Shown: positions 13,139 through 26,230, counted from the stretch's first letter. The stretch is 63,974 bases of DNA from Octopus sinensis (GCF_006345805.1 NW_021833700.1:1-63974), one strand, 5' to 3'. Notes: generated by a model not told the origin, from the letters alone. Program-made: numbers and translations.

Positions 13139-13177
13139 TTCATATTTATATATGTGTGTGTATATATATGTACGTAT

Positions 13178-13410
13178 ATATTTCTTTACTGCCCACAAGG
13201 TGCTAAACATAGAGGGGACAAACAAGGACAGACAAAGGGATTAAGTCGATTACATCGACCCCTGTGCGTAACTGGTACTTAATTTATCGACCCCGAAAGG
13301 ATGAAAGGCAAAGTTGACCTCGGCGGAATTTGAACTCAGAACGTAGCGGCAGACGAAATACGGTTAGGCATTTCGCCCAGGGTGCTAACGTTTCTGCCAG
13401 CTCGCTGCCT
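13178..13410 (-). mobile_element. tRNA-derived SINE, family B
   Basis: Reverse complement of ggcagcgagctggcagaaacgttagcac..gagttcaaattccgccgaggtcaactttgcctttcatcctttcggggtcgat. More than ten copies or fragments in the window. Confidence 0.85.
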
Positions 13411-14408
13411 TTATACACACACACACACATATATATATATACATATATACATATATACATATACATATATACACAGACATTCTCACGAAAGTATATGAGT
13501 TTAACAAAATATTTTAAAGATTCTACTTGTAACCCCAAACCAAACTCATCAATTCTCATCAACGAATCCATACGTGCCAATAATTCTTGTTTCTCATTCC
13601 CACTGGTCGTATACATAATTAACATTTTCTATTAAATCTCGTTAATTCGTTACCGATAAAATCTAATGAAGTCTTGTATTAATCCTCAAGACGATTATTC
13701 CAAGAATTTTGACATCAAATCATAAATGCAATGACCAGAAACGGTAGTGCCAAAGGTCTGCAATTATGGAATTAGAAGACACTTCACAAGACTTAGATAC
13801 GGTGTAAGTTCTTGGAAGTGTATTGAGAATATTAAAAGTTGTAATGGAAACTGTTGCTATGACAACATTACTTTCAGTGAATAGGGTAATATTAACTGCT
13901 AATCCGCTCTGCTAAATGAAGTAGACCAGTAAGTAGCTACAATTAATTGGATATATATATGTATACATATATATATATATATAAAGAGAGAGAGGGGGGG
14001 GGAGAAGTAGATAGGTACGTTGGAAGTGTAGATGTACGTATACAGATATATAGATGTATATTTATGTGAACATAAATATGCATGCATATACACATACATA
14101 TATACATTCATGTAAATACATACATATGTAAATACATGCAACATATTATATATATATATATATATATACATACTTATGCATACATGTATAGATGCATTAT
14201 ATATAGGAACTCACATATATACATGCATACTACATACATTATATATATATATATACACATATATATACACACACACACATATATATATACACACACACAC
14301 ATATATATACATACACATATATATATACACACACATATATATATATATATACACACACACATATATACACACACACATATATATATATATATACACACAC
14401 ACATATAT

Positions 14409-14466
<58 letters not shown>

Positions 14467-14540
14467 GTATGTACAGGTGTGTGTATGTATATATTCGGCT
14501 GGGTTTAATGTCTCTAAAATTACATACAAAATCTTGTTTG

Positions 14541-14597
<57 letters not shown>

Positions 14598-15183
14598 CTC
14601 TCACGCACTCACACACACACACACACATACACACACATACGCAGTAAATAGACAGAGAGGGCAAAGGAGCAGACAGTCATTTATATTTAATTTCGGAGAA
14701 AATTTAACCCAGTCTGGGAATCTGAGTCTAAGCGTAAACAGCCGGTGATTGTCGGACCCCACGATCCCCCCTGCGGACATTTTCTACCTTTATAATTCCT
14801 AATTATTGTTCATAAATTACTGCTGTGAAGAATCAGGTTTTGTCTTAATCCTGTTATCACAATATTTATTTCTAACGTAAACAGAAGGCTTAATGTGGAG
14901 GAGAGATACTTTCGTGACGAGGTCTAATAATGCTGAAACCTGTCTACTGATTTTATCATCTGATTTTAGCAATAAGTTCATATTTTACTATTTTTAATGG
15001 AGTTATTTCCTTTGTTGTTTAAAGATTGAAAACACCACAATAGGGAGATTTTGTCAGTAAATCGAATGGATAATATCTGTTTACCGGAGTTTTCCAGTTC
15101 ACTGTATGAAACGATATACCGAATCTATATATATTTGTGTGTGTGTTTGTAAAATATACTTATATGCAAATATATGTGTGTGC

Positions 15184-15217
<34 letters not shown>

Positions 15218-15223
15218 CAACAG

Positions 15224-15390
15224 CTGGGTTTGTTTACACCAACTCGTGGGACATCGATTACACCTACGTTTGGAGAGCGACTGCTGCTGTTACTCAAGGG
15301 AATTTGAATGGGTTGACGGATCCTACAAAACTGGATTTTTCTTAGACTCTGCTCTTTTCTTCTCAAGATGGGCCCATGCGCCAGAAATAG
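15224..15390 (+). pseudogene. Possible C-type lectin domain exon relic
   Basis: GFVYTNSWDIDYTYVWRATAAVTQG, then a 1-nt shift to FEWVDGSYKTGFFLDSALFFSRWAHAPE. Resembles the CTLD pattern W-x-G-A-T..F-x-W-x-DGS..F-x-x-W. Confidence 0.4.
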
Positions 15391-15451
15391 GTTTTATTAA
15401 ACTTTCCATATTGTTAGAAGCTGTCTATTTTCTCTCTTTTTACATTCTTCA

Positions 15452-15483
<32 letters not shown>

Positions 15484-15848
15484 CTGTGTGTATAAATATA
15501 TATGTATGAATATATATTTATGTATAAATATATATGCTTGTATATATATGTATGTATGTATGTATATGCATATATATGCATGTATATATATATATGAATA
15601 TATATATATGTATATATATGCATGTATATATATATATATATGAATATATATATATGTATATATATATATGCTTGTATATATATGTATGTATATATATGCA
15701 TATATATATATATATATATCATGTATATATATGCTTGTATATATATGTATGTATATATATGCATATATATATATATATATATATATGCATGTATATATAT
15801 ATATATATATATATATGCATGTATATATATAATATATATTATATATAT

Positions 15849-15890
<42 letters not shown>

Positions 15891-16660
15891 GTATGTATGT
15901 ACATATGTGTGTGTGTGTGTGCTATTTGATCATTGCACGAACACTGAGAATAGATTTTTGTTCTTGTTTATTCTGTATGATGAGATTTTACATTCATTTT
16001 TTGTAATATTCCTCTCTGAAATTATCGAAATCTACTGTATGATTGTATGATGTTCCACGACAGAGATGCATCACCTCCCGTCTGCTAAGATTTGTAGCTT
16101 GTTTCACAGATGCTTGGTATATATATATGATGTTGTATATATATGATGCTTGGCATAAAAATGATGTTGGAAATTGTTTCACTGACATACAAATCCTTAT
16201 GCGTTGTCGGTTAATTATTTGTCCTGCTCATAAATATATTTCTGGGAGATAATTGTCGAATAAATACTTATATACGCAGCTATTTTCTTCATCAGCTGGA
16301 CTGTTCAAAATAAATTCATTCACTTATGGCTGGTGTACAACGAAACCAGAGTTACATTGCAAACGGAACCGAAATGTTATGAGTTTTGAGTAGAATCCTC
16401 TTGGGAAAATACCTTATTAAGTATTTTAAGATTTGGGATTAAAAACCTAAAATTCCACTTCACTGTGTCAGAAAGTAGAGTAACATATTGTTTGATATTT
16501 TTGTGGGAAGCTGGGTTCGCGGGGAAATTGCTGATCTCGTGGCACTGTCATACATTGTGACTCTCGATAAATGAACACCAGCAGGACTTGCAGAGGGCTT
16601 TATAGGGACAACGGGTTAGTAGTTTTATAGATGAACGGATACGCTACTATACTCTCTCTC

Positions 16661-17060
16661 TTTTACTTGTTTCAGTCATTTGACTGCGGCCATGCTGGAG
16701 CACCGCCTTTAGTCGAGAAAATCGACCCCGGGACTTATTCTTTGTAAGCCCAGTACTTATTCTATCGGTCTCTTTTGCCGAACCGCTAAGTGACGGGGAC
16801 GTAAACACACCAGCATCGGTTGTCAAGCAATGCTAGGGGGACAAACACAGACACACAAACACACACACACACACACATACATATATATACATATATACGA
16901 CAGGCTTCTTGCAGTTTCCGTCTACCAAATCCACTCACAAGGCATTGGTCGGCCCCAGGCTATAGCAGAAGACACTTGCCCAAGATGCCACGCAGTGGGA
17001 CTGAACCCGGAACCATGTGGTTGATTAGCAAGTTACTTACCACACAGCCACTCCTGTGCC
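16661..17060 (-). mobile_element. SINE family A copy
   Basis: Near full-length reverse complement of 1586-1990. Confidence 0.88.
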
Positions 17061-18331
17061 TATGGAGAAAATTTTCGAAATAGAAAACTATCAAAATGTT
17101 TTAACTACCCTTCAAGAGCGTGTATTTGATACACTAGTCTCTCCATACACATTTTCATAGCGTATAAAATTCAATACGAAGCCATATATGCCACGGAATC
17201 TATTAAAAAAGTAATGCAACTTGTGGTGTGTTGTATGGTTACCCCTTAGTTTCATTACTATTTGAAATATTTTCTGAATCATTAATAAAATATAATGACT
17301 GTTATACATGGTTGATACTAATAATTTACAAGTATAATACAAGTATACCAATGAAGATGTCTTAAAAATCTAAGCTGAAATCCTGGCCGCAGACATATAA
17401 TCCATTATTAAAGACCAACAAATCTCAGCTAATGATATTCCACCGACAAAAGAAGCCGACTGATTTGAGGAAGCAAAAATAAAAAGAAGAAATGAAAATA
17501 AAAACAGCAGTAGCAGCAGCAGTAGCAGCAGCAGCAACAGGAGCGACATCTTTATTAGATTAAACAAGAAACTCTCTTTAACCAGATATGTTAACTAATT
17601 TGGTTTATTGACAAAGGAAACATCGCATTAATCACTTAAGCATTAAATTAAGCCAGTCTAATGGTATTCCGTTCAAACTACGTTATAGAGTCGTTAAAAA
17701 TTTCGTTAGAAAGTCGCTAAAACTATTCGCATATCTCGCCCTGGTTTTCTCTTCTCTTCTTTATTCGAACGGATCTTCGTGAAGTCCTTAACAACTCAGG
17801 AAAACTCACAAATAAAATAAAATAAAGACCATATAACTATTAGTGAATTTTCATAAAAACAACAACAGCAACAACACCGACAACAAGCAGATAGAAGTGT
17901 GTATAAGTTCTTTACATTGTCTGTGAGTATAATGGCCGCACTAATGACTTATTATCAAAGGATGAATATTTAAAGTCGTTGTTGTTATTGAATTATGTAA
18001 ACGAAACTAAAGATGTTTGAATATGAAAAATAAGGACATTTTTTTCTAACGCTTTCATACTTTATTTGCGAACACGACTTACATTCATTGGCGCACACAG
18101 AGCGACAGGACGGCACACAATATACTGGCATCCCGAGTCAATAAGTGAATAATGCCAACATCTCATTCCTCTATCATGAAACAAAGCCATTAAGATTTTA
18201 TATCAATAATAATAATAATAACAATAACAATAAAATAACAACAATAATAATAATAATAATAATAATAATGTATTATACTTTATTTTTTATATTCAATTCT
18301 ATTTTTTTATTTTAATAATGATGAGGACGAA

Positions 18332-18366
<35 letters not shown>

Positions 18367-19359
18367 TAATAATAATAATGATATATTTATTTTTATATTA
18401 TGTTTATTTCTATTTTAATAACAATGATGATTATTATTTTCTTTAATTTTTTTTATTTAAATAATAACAACAAAAATAGTGATGATGATGATAATAATAA
18501 TAATAATAATAATATGGTGTTATCAGTTTGAAGAAAAATTAATTTCGATATTTAATATACCCCTGTCTCTCACTATTAAAGGGTATTTGCATTGTCTGTG
18601 TGTATATTTAAGAATGTATGTATATGAGTATGATATTATGTATATATACATGCATGCATGCATGAAGGTATGTATGTATGCATGAAGTTATCTATGTGTG
18701 TATGCATAGATGCAAATTTCTATTCATACAGGCATGCAATTATGGATGTGTGAGAAACACCGAGTGTATCATTTAATGTATGCGTCTATGTATGCATTCA
18801 TACAGATGTGTGTGTATGCACGAGTGTTTATGTATACATTATGTACAAACGTATGTACGAACCGACATATCTATGTCCCTAGCTGTCCGTTTCTCTCTCA
18901 GTACATACATACATACCTGCGTGTATTCATATATACATACTTGCACACACAGATGTATATGTATATATAAATATAAATGTCTACGTAGGGGCATACGAAT
19001 GTGCACTAACAATTACTTAACAGTAGAAACATACACAAAAACACACACAAATACTCATATATCTGTATATAAGAATACATAGCCATCAGTATGCGCGCAT
19101 GCATACGTGGGAACATAGAATGTACAAACACACACACATATATATTACTTATATCTATATGTATATATTATATGCGTGCGCAATTATTTATTGAAATTAG
19201 ACAAGCTGGCTGTCCCTTTTAATTAAATATTTTTAGCTAATAAATTCCTTTCCATTTCCAAAATACAAAATTCTTTTTAATGTTTGTTTATTTTTTCTAT
19301 GCATTTATTATTTTGTTTTATTTTATCCTACACCTTCAGAACACCGTAATTAACAAATA

Positions 19360-20625
19360 TTTACCACTGCATATACCATAGCCTCTACTACAGTATTTGC
19401 TTCACTATTATCAATGCTTTATCATACACCTCTACCGCTGCATTTACCACCGTATTACCACACTCCATTACCAGAATACTGAACAGAATTTTTACCATAA
19501 GACTTACCACATGCTTTTACCACACAACTCCTCAAAGTGTTTAGTACACCTCTTTACCATAGTCTTTACCGAAATATTTACCATACCCCTTTACCACAAA
19601 ATATTTTCCACAAACATCTATTCCGCAGCATCTGTCACGATATTTATCACACACCTTTGCTACGACATTTATCACACATTTTTTCCACAGTACTGGCCAC
19701 AGATTTTTACTGCAGTATTTACCAAGTGTTGAGATGTTTACCACAATTTTACCATAGCATTAAAAATTATATTTACCACATCATTTACTTCAGAGTTTTG
19801 TCATAGCATTCCATACAACAATTACCACCGCATTTATCATAAATTTCTTCGTATTATTGACAACGATATTTACCACAACCTTATTCCATTCTATTCCCCA
19901 TTCTTTACCGCGGTTTTACCATAGTATATATCACGCTATTTACCACACAATTTACCACAGCATATTCTACAAACTTCCCCCTCATTATTTCCCACAATAT
20001 CTTTCTCAGTTTTATCGTATTCTTAACCACATTATACATCAGAGTGTGAAGGTGTGTGGCTTAGTGGTTAAGGTATTCGGTTCACGATCGTAAGGTCCTG
20101 AGTTCAATTCCCGGCGACGCATTGAGTCCTTCAGCAAGACACTTTATTTCACGTTGCTCCAGTCCACTCAGCTGGCAAAAATGAGTAGAACCTGTATTTC
20201 AAAGGGGCCAGCCTTGTCACACTCCGTGTCACGCTGAATATCCCCGAGAACTACGTTAACGGTACACGTGTCTGTGGAGTGCTCAGCCACTTGCACGTTA
20301 ATTTCACGAGCAAGCTGTTCCGTTGCTTGGATCAAATGGAACCCTCGTCGTCGTAACCGACGGAGTGCTCCTATACATCAGAGTAGTTTCCACAAATTCT
20401 ACCCCAGTGTTTACCACAATCTTTTCTACAGGTTTTACCAAAATATTTAACACAGTATTTCCACAGTACTTACCACAATATTCCACACGCCATTTACCAC
20501 ACTGCTTTCCACAGTCATTCTTTACCACAATATTTAATGCATTACTTACAACAAAATTCACCCATGGGTTTACCATAGTATTTGCCACGGTTTTTCCTCC
20601 ACAATATTTAACACATGCACTTTAA
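19360..20625 (+). repeat. Degenerate TTACCAC-motif satellite interrupted by a SINE
   Basis: Dozens of tttaccac/ttaccata/ttccacag variants at irregular spacing on both sides of 20043-20372. Confidence 0.75.
20043..20372 (+). mobile_element. tRNA-derived SINE, family C
   Basis: tggcttagtggttaagg and gagttcaattccc boxes; agcaagacactttatttcacgttgctccagtccactcagctg core; tail gtcgtcgtaaccgacggagtgc shared with 57610-57992. Confidence 0.85.
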
Positions 20626-20740
20626 AATATAATTTAATTTAAACTTGGTATCGATATTAAATGCACGCAAGGCAGCAAGCTGGCAGAGTCCTTAGCATGC
20701 CGAACAAAATACTTCTCGGCGTTTCGTCCCTGTTTGCGTT

Positions 20741-21478
20741 CGGGGTTAACCTTTCGACGAGTCGACTTTGCCTTTCATCGTTTCAGGTTCGATAAAATAA
20801 GTACCAGTTGAGCCCTGGGAGTCGGTGTAATCGACTTACCCCTACTTCGAAATTGCTGGCCTTGTACCAAAATTTGAAACCAGTATAAAACGCACCTTCT
20901 AATACTCACTTCAATGTACTCGTTAACGTGTATTTTTAAATTCCTGTATTAAACCTCAACCACACTTCAACCCATTCCTTCGCCTTCGGGGTTAACCTTT
21001 CGCCGAGTCGACTTTGCAGTTCATCTTTGCAGATTCGATAAAATAAGTACCAGTTGAGCCCTGGGAGTCGGTGTAATCGACTTACCCCTACCTCGAAATT
21101 GCTGGCCTTGTACCAAAATTTGAAACCAGTATAAAACGCACCTTCTAATACTCACTTCAATGTACTCATTAACGTGTATTTTTAAATTCCTGTATTAAAA
21201 CCTCAACCACACTTCAACCCATTCCTTCGCCTTCGGGGTTAACCTTTCGCCGAGTCGACTTTGCAGTTCATCTTTGCAGATTCGATAAAATAAGTACCAG
21301 TTGAGCCCTGGGAGTCGGTGTAATCGACTTACCCCTACCTCGAAATTGCTGGCCTTGTACCAAAATTTGAAACCAGTATAAAACGCACCTTCTAATACTC
21401 ACTTCAATGTACTCATTAACGTGTATTTTTAAATTCCTGTATTAAAACCTCAACCACACTTCAACCCATTCCTTCGCC
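20741..21478 (+). repeat. Three tandem ~246-bp units (SINE B 3' half plus flanking DNA)
   Basis: Units start at 20741, 20987 and 21234. Units 2 and 3 appear identical; unit 1 differs at several sites. Confidence 0.9.
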
Positions 21479-21659
21479 TACTCTTAAATACAGCATGGAA
21501 CACACTTTAATATCGATGTTATACACTGTTTTACAGGTGCTTTACTTACTCGGTTACAAATATCTTCATACATATATTACGAGATACACTTCAACAGACG
21601 TTTTAGCGATAAATAACAGAGTTCTAGTTTTGTCAATAATTTGCTAAAAGGTTTTCGTG

Positions 21660-21696
21660 AATTACATACATGCACGCACACACACACACACACACA

Positions 21697-21780
<84 letters not shown>

Positions 21781-22125
21781 TACATTCATACATACACACA
21801 CACATACACACATACATACATACATACATACATACATACATACACACACATACACACATACATACATACATACATACACACACATACACACATACATACA
21901 TACATACATACACACATACATACATACATACATACATACACACACACATACACACATACATACATACATACACACATACATACACACACACATACACACA
22001 TACATACATACATACACACATACATACACACACACATACACACATACATACATACATACATACATACATACATACATACATACATACATACATACATACA
22101 TGCATGCATGCATGCATGCATGCAC
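21660..22125. repeat. (CA)/(CACG)/(CATA)n compound microsatellite
   Basis: Direct inspection. Confidence 0.95.
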
Positions 22126-22285
22126 TGGAAAATACGAAAACTAAAAGAAGCAGCACACATGCTAGGACACAACAACCTCTTAAGCAGAGTGAGTGCAGAT
22201 ACGAGTAGCGTATGGGAACCGGTATTAAGGAAGGATTGGAAAATGTTAGATTATGAGCCCTAAAATTCACTCCTTAATTGCCCAC

Positions 22286-22555
22286 GGGCATATGGCGTAG
22301 TGGTTAAGAGCGCGGGTTACTAACACCGAGACTCCGTGTTCGATTCCTGAATGATAATAATAATAATAATGATAATAATAATAATCATAACATCGAAAAA
22401 AACCTTAGGAATGAGAACCCAGGTTCGAAATTTCCCCAAGACACCTGATGAAGGCTGGAGGATATATCAGCCGAAACGTTGTGTTAACAACAAACAAGAT
22501 GAGGACATATATCCGTCAAATGTAAATAATTCCTCATCTCTTAAATATAGAACTA
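22286..22555 (+). mobile_element. Chimeric element: tRNA-like head + (AAT)n + hammerhead-containing tail
   Basis: A box tggcgtagtgg (22293-22303), B box gttcgattcc (22338-22347), (ATA)n spacer and HHR at 22440-22485. Confidence 0.65.
22440..22485 (+). ncRNA. Minimal type I hammerhead ribozyme motif
   Basis: Stem I GACAC/GUGUU; core CUGAUGA plus an extra A; stem II GGCUG/CAGCC; GAAA; palindromic AACGUU stem III; predicted cleavage after GUU (22480). Confidence 0.7.
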
Positions 22556-22600
22556 TAATATCAGATATAATCATATCCATATATATTTATATGTATCAAG

Positions 22601-22840
22601 TCAGCGAGCTGGCAGAATCGTTAGCACGCCGGGCGAAATGTTTAGCGGTATTTCGTCTGCCGCTGCGTTCTGAGTTCAAATTCCGCCGAGGGCGACTTTG
22701 CCTTTCATCCTTTCGGGGTCGATTAGATAACTACCAGTTACGCACTGGGGTCGATATAATCGACTTAATCCGTTTGTCTGTCCTTGTTTGTCCTCTCTGT
22801 GTTTAGGCCCATGTGGGTAGTAAAGAAATAGATATTTCAT
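22601..22840 (+). mobile_element. SINE family B copy
   Basis: Near-consensus head, core and tail gtagtaaagaaatag. Confidence 0.85.
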
Positions 22841-22844
22841 CCGT

Positions 22845-23428
22845 ATATTTGCCATCTCAATATGGGTGGGTGTTACTGTAGCTTGTAGCTCCAGGAGAAC
22901 ATCTCCTCCAGCTGGCTATTGACATACTTTCTGTGCCCTATCAGTATTTGCGAAGGGAGGTTATCCTTCCCTTGTCAACCTAAGTGATACACACAGACTG
23001 AAGTTTCTGGGTATTGACCCGTCATCAGCGTACGACAATCACCGGTTTTTGATGAAAGGAGTTCTCAATGCAAATATTTATATCCTTTTTCCAGTAACTT
23101 TTCGTCACTGATCTTGAAAAAGTGTATACAAGCAATAATAAATCTCTGAACGAGGTATAGACAGTCACTGCACGACAATGTTTGGTATATTTGCCATATC
23201 AATATGGCTAACCACTAAGGGTGGGTGTTACTGTAGCTTGTAGCCTCCCTTTGCATATACCATAAGGACACAGAAAGTGTGCCTATAGCCAGCTGGAGAC
23301 GATGATCTCCTGGGGCTAAAAGCTACAGTAACACCCACCCTTAGTGGTTAGCCATATTGAGATGGCAAATATACCTCACATTGTCGTGCAGTTACTGTTT
23401 ATACCTCGTTCAGAGATTTATTATTATT
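22845..23428. mobile_element. Partial-tandem plus inverted repeat relic (Penelope-like)
   Basis: Layout X'-Y-Z-X followed by the reverse complement of XY. 23135-23247 pairs with 23311-23424. Degenerate CTGATGA..GAAAC on minus at ~23000-23040. Confidence 0.6.
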
Positions 23429-23589
23429 TCATCCGTCTTTTCGTTCTGAGTTCAAATTCTGCCGAGATCGACTTTACCTTTAATCTTTTCGGGGTCGATA
23501 AAATATGTACCAGTTGATGTAATCGAGTACCCCTTCCCCCAAATTTCAGGCCTTGTGCCTAGAGTAGAAAGGATATAATATATATATAT

Positions 23590-23910
23590 AATGTGAAGGC
23601 GTATGGCTCAGTAGTTAGAGCGTCGAGCTTACGCTCTTGAGGTTGTGAGTTCGAATCTTGAGCAAGAGACTTTATTTCACGTTACTCCAGTTTACTCAGT
23701 TGTAGAAATGAGTTGTGGCGTCACTAGTGCCAAGCTGTATCGGCCCCTTTACCTTTCCCTTGGTAAAGGGGCCGGTACACCGGTGGTGTGGAGGAGGGAG
23801 GCCGGTATGCATGGGCGACTGCTGGTCTTCCATAAACAACCTTGCCCGGACTTGTGCCTGAGAAGGTAACTTTCTAGGTGCAATCTCACGGTCAGTCATG
23901 ACTGAAAGGT
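23590..23910 (+). mobile_element. tRNA-derived SINE, family D
   Basis: tggctcagtagttagagc and gagttcgaatc boxes; ttgagcaagagactttatttcacgttactccag core like family C; different tail. Confidence 0.65.
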
Positions 23911-24009
23911 GTCTCAGCAGTATAATACATACGTACATACATATACATGTGTGTGTGCGCCTATACATTTGTGCGCATGTATGTATACATATCACAGTAC
24001 CAATTTCTT

Positions 24010-24280
24010 TATTACCCACAAGGGGCGAAATACAGAGGGGGACAATACAGCCTGATTGAGGTACATATCACAGTACCGCCCAGACTATCGGATGCTGTTA
24101 TACACCGCTGATCACAATGGGTTTCCTTGCATTGTTTTATCCTTCAGGTAAGCCACTCCGCCGGACAGGAAGCGGACAGGTCAACCTTTCCCCTGAACAG
24201 AAGGGAACGCTGGTCCGACACAAGGTTACCTATTTACGGTTGAATAGAACAATGTGAAGTGAAGCGTTTTGCTTGAGACA
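24010..24280 (-). mobile_element. SINE family E 3' part
   Basis: Reverse complement resembles the core and tail of 4770-4960. Confidence 0.5.
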
Positions 24281-24375
24281 GAGAGAGAGAGAGAGTGAGA
24301 GAGAGAGAGAGAGACAGGCAAACAGACGAACAGAGAGTGAGACAGACAGACAGACAGACAGACAGGCAGGCAGGC

Positions 24376-24435
<60 letters not shown>

Positions 24436-25699
24436 GAATGGATGGATGGATAGGTGGGTAGATGGATAGAGAGATAAATAGATAGGTGGGTAGATGGATA
24501 GAAAGATAGATAGATAGATAGTGGATGTTTATGTGTGTGTGTGTGTGAGCGTGCGTGCGTGAATGTATGTATATATGTATATCTGTGTATATATAAACAA
24601 TTATACTCTATAGAAAAGCGAAATGTCTTCACGGCAATCCGAATAGGTTTGTTTTCATTACAAACCTTTGCAATTGTTTGTGTGGGTGATATGTCTGTGT
24701 GTCTATGTGTGTGTGTGTGTCTATGTTTGAGAGAGAGAGAGAGTGTGTGTATGCACACGTGCAAACTCGTGCCTTAGGCATATGTTGGTAAATGCGTTTA
24801 CAATTATGCCAGTGCATGCGAACAATAGCGTAGGCTGGATTGCTTTACAGAACAGTCATCACCTATATATACACACACTCATATATATACATACATAAAT
24901 ATATTTATATACGTGTGTATATATATATGTATATATACGTATGTATGCGTTTGTGTGTGTACAAAGTTACCAAAGGGTTTGACGTTTGATCTATGATTGA
25001 GTTGGACAATGTTTTTGCATCGTGTTGACTTGGCGAAACATTGCAAAGTTCGGAGGAAAATAAAGCTACATAGAAGGTGTCAGTCATTCGTTGGTATTGT
25101 GAACGGACAGACAGGGAATCTATCGACTCAGAAATACATGGAGGGATGTATGAATAAAGAATCCGACAGAAGGACAAACAAAAGCCACAAAAGGAGAATG
25201 ACATTTGAGATGAGGAGAGCCAAGTGTGAATTCCAGTACGAAGATTTCAAATTAGGAAAAAGAGTCAAGTGTCTCTTGAGAATCGGTAAGAACTGATTTG
25301 TCGTGGAGATTATTAGAATGGCAACACTAATATTGAAGATAATCACAGAACGAGTGATGATGTCTACAGAAATGGTAAGGCCAAGTGTAGAGATGACATC
25401 ATCGTTCGACTGGAATTAATTAAATAAATAAAACGAAAGCAAAAATGAGAGAAACGATGTCAACAGCAAATTTTTCATGTTTCATTTTTTTTCCATTTTG
25501 AACGGAATTGCGTCATTGGCGGACATATTGTTTTTATGATCACATGTTACCAAGTAGTTTCTTAGCGTCTATATATACCTTGAGATTAAATCTTGCTCTC
25601 TCTCTCTCTCTCTCTCTCACACACATTCTTTTATTCTTTTACTTGTTTCCTCATTTGACTGCAGCCATACTGGAGCACCGCCTTAAGTTATGTATATAC

Positions 25700-26230
25700 A
25701 CATAAGGCTTCGAGCTGCCTTTCATCCTTTCAGGGTCGATAAAATCGAATACCAGTAACCTACGGAGGTCAATGTAATCGACTAACCACCTTCCTCTAAA
25801 AATTGCTGGTTCTGTCCAAAATTAGAAACAATTCTCTTCTTTTTCTTCTTCTTCTTATTATCATTATTAATGCGGAGAGCTGGCAGAAACGTTAGCACGC
25901 CGAGGAAACTGCTTAGCGGCATTTAGTCTGCTTTTACATTCTGAGTTCAAATTCCGCTGAGGTCGACTTTGCGTTTCATCCTTTCGGTGTCGATAAATTA
26001 AGTACCAGTTGCGTACTGAGGTCGATCTAATCGACTTACACCCTCCCCAAAATTTCGGGCCTTGTGCCTAGAGTAGAAAAGAATCGTTAGCACGCTAGAC
26101 GAAATGCTTAGCGGTATTTCGCCCGGACCTACGTTTTGAGTTCAAATTCCGCCTTTCATCCTTTCGGGGTCGATAAATTAAGTACCAGTGAAACAGACGG
26201 GTCGATGAAATTGACTTATCTCCTCCTCCA
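25700..26230 (+). mobile_element. Cluster of SINE B copies and fragments
   Basis: Three to four repeats of gcctttcatcctttc(g/a)gggtcgataaa..taccag. Confidence 0.8.

Noticed and set aside
16569-16604. Minus-strand TATAAA with a TCATTT initiator-like motif 32 nt downstream
   Set aside because: Such pairs are expected by chance in AT-rich DNA, and the downstream ORFs are under 32 codons.
20741-21478. Regularly spaced repeats superficially like a CRISPR array
   Set aside because: The units are ~246-bp full tandem copies with no unique spacers, in eukaryotic DNA with no cas genes.
24997-25296. 99-aa plus-strand ORF, possibly a LINE relic
   Set aside because: No diagnostic motif could be matched with confidence.
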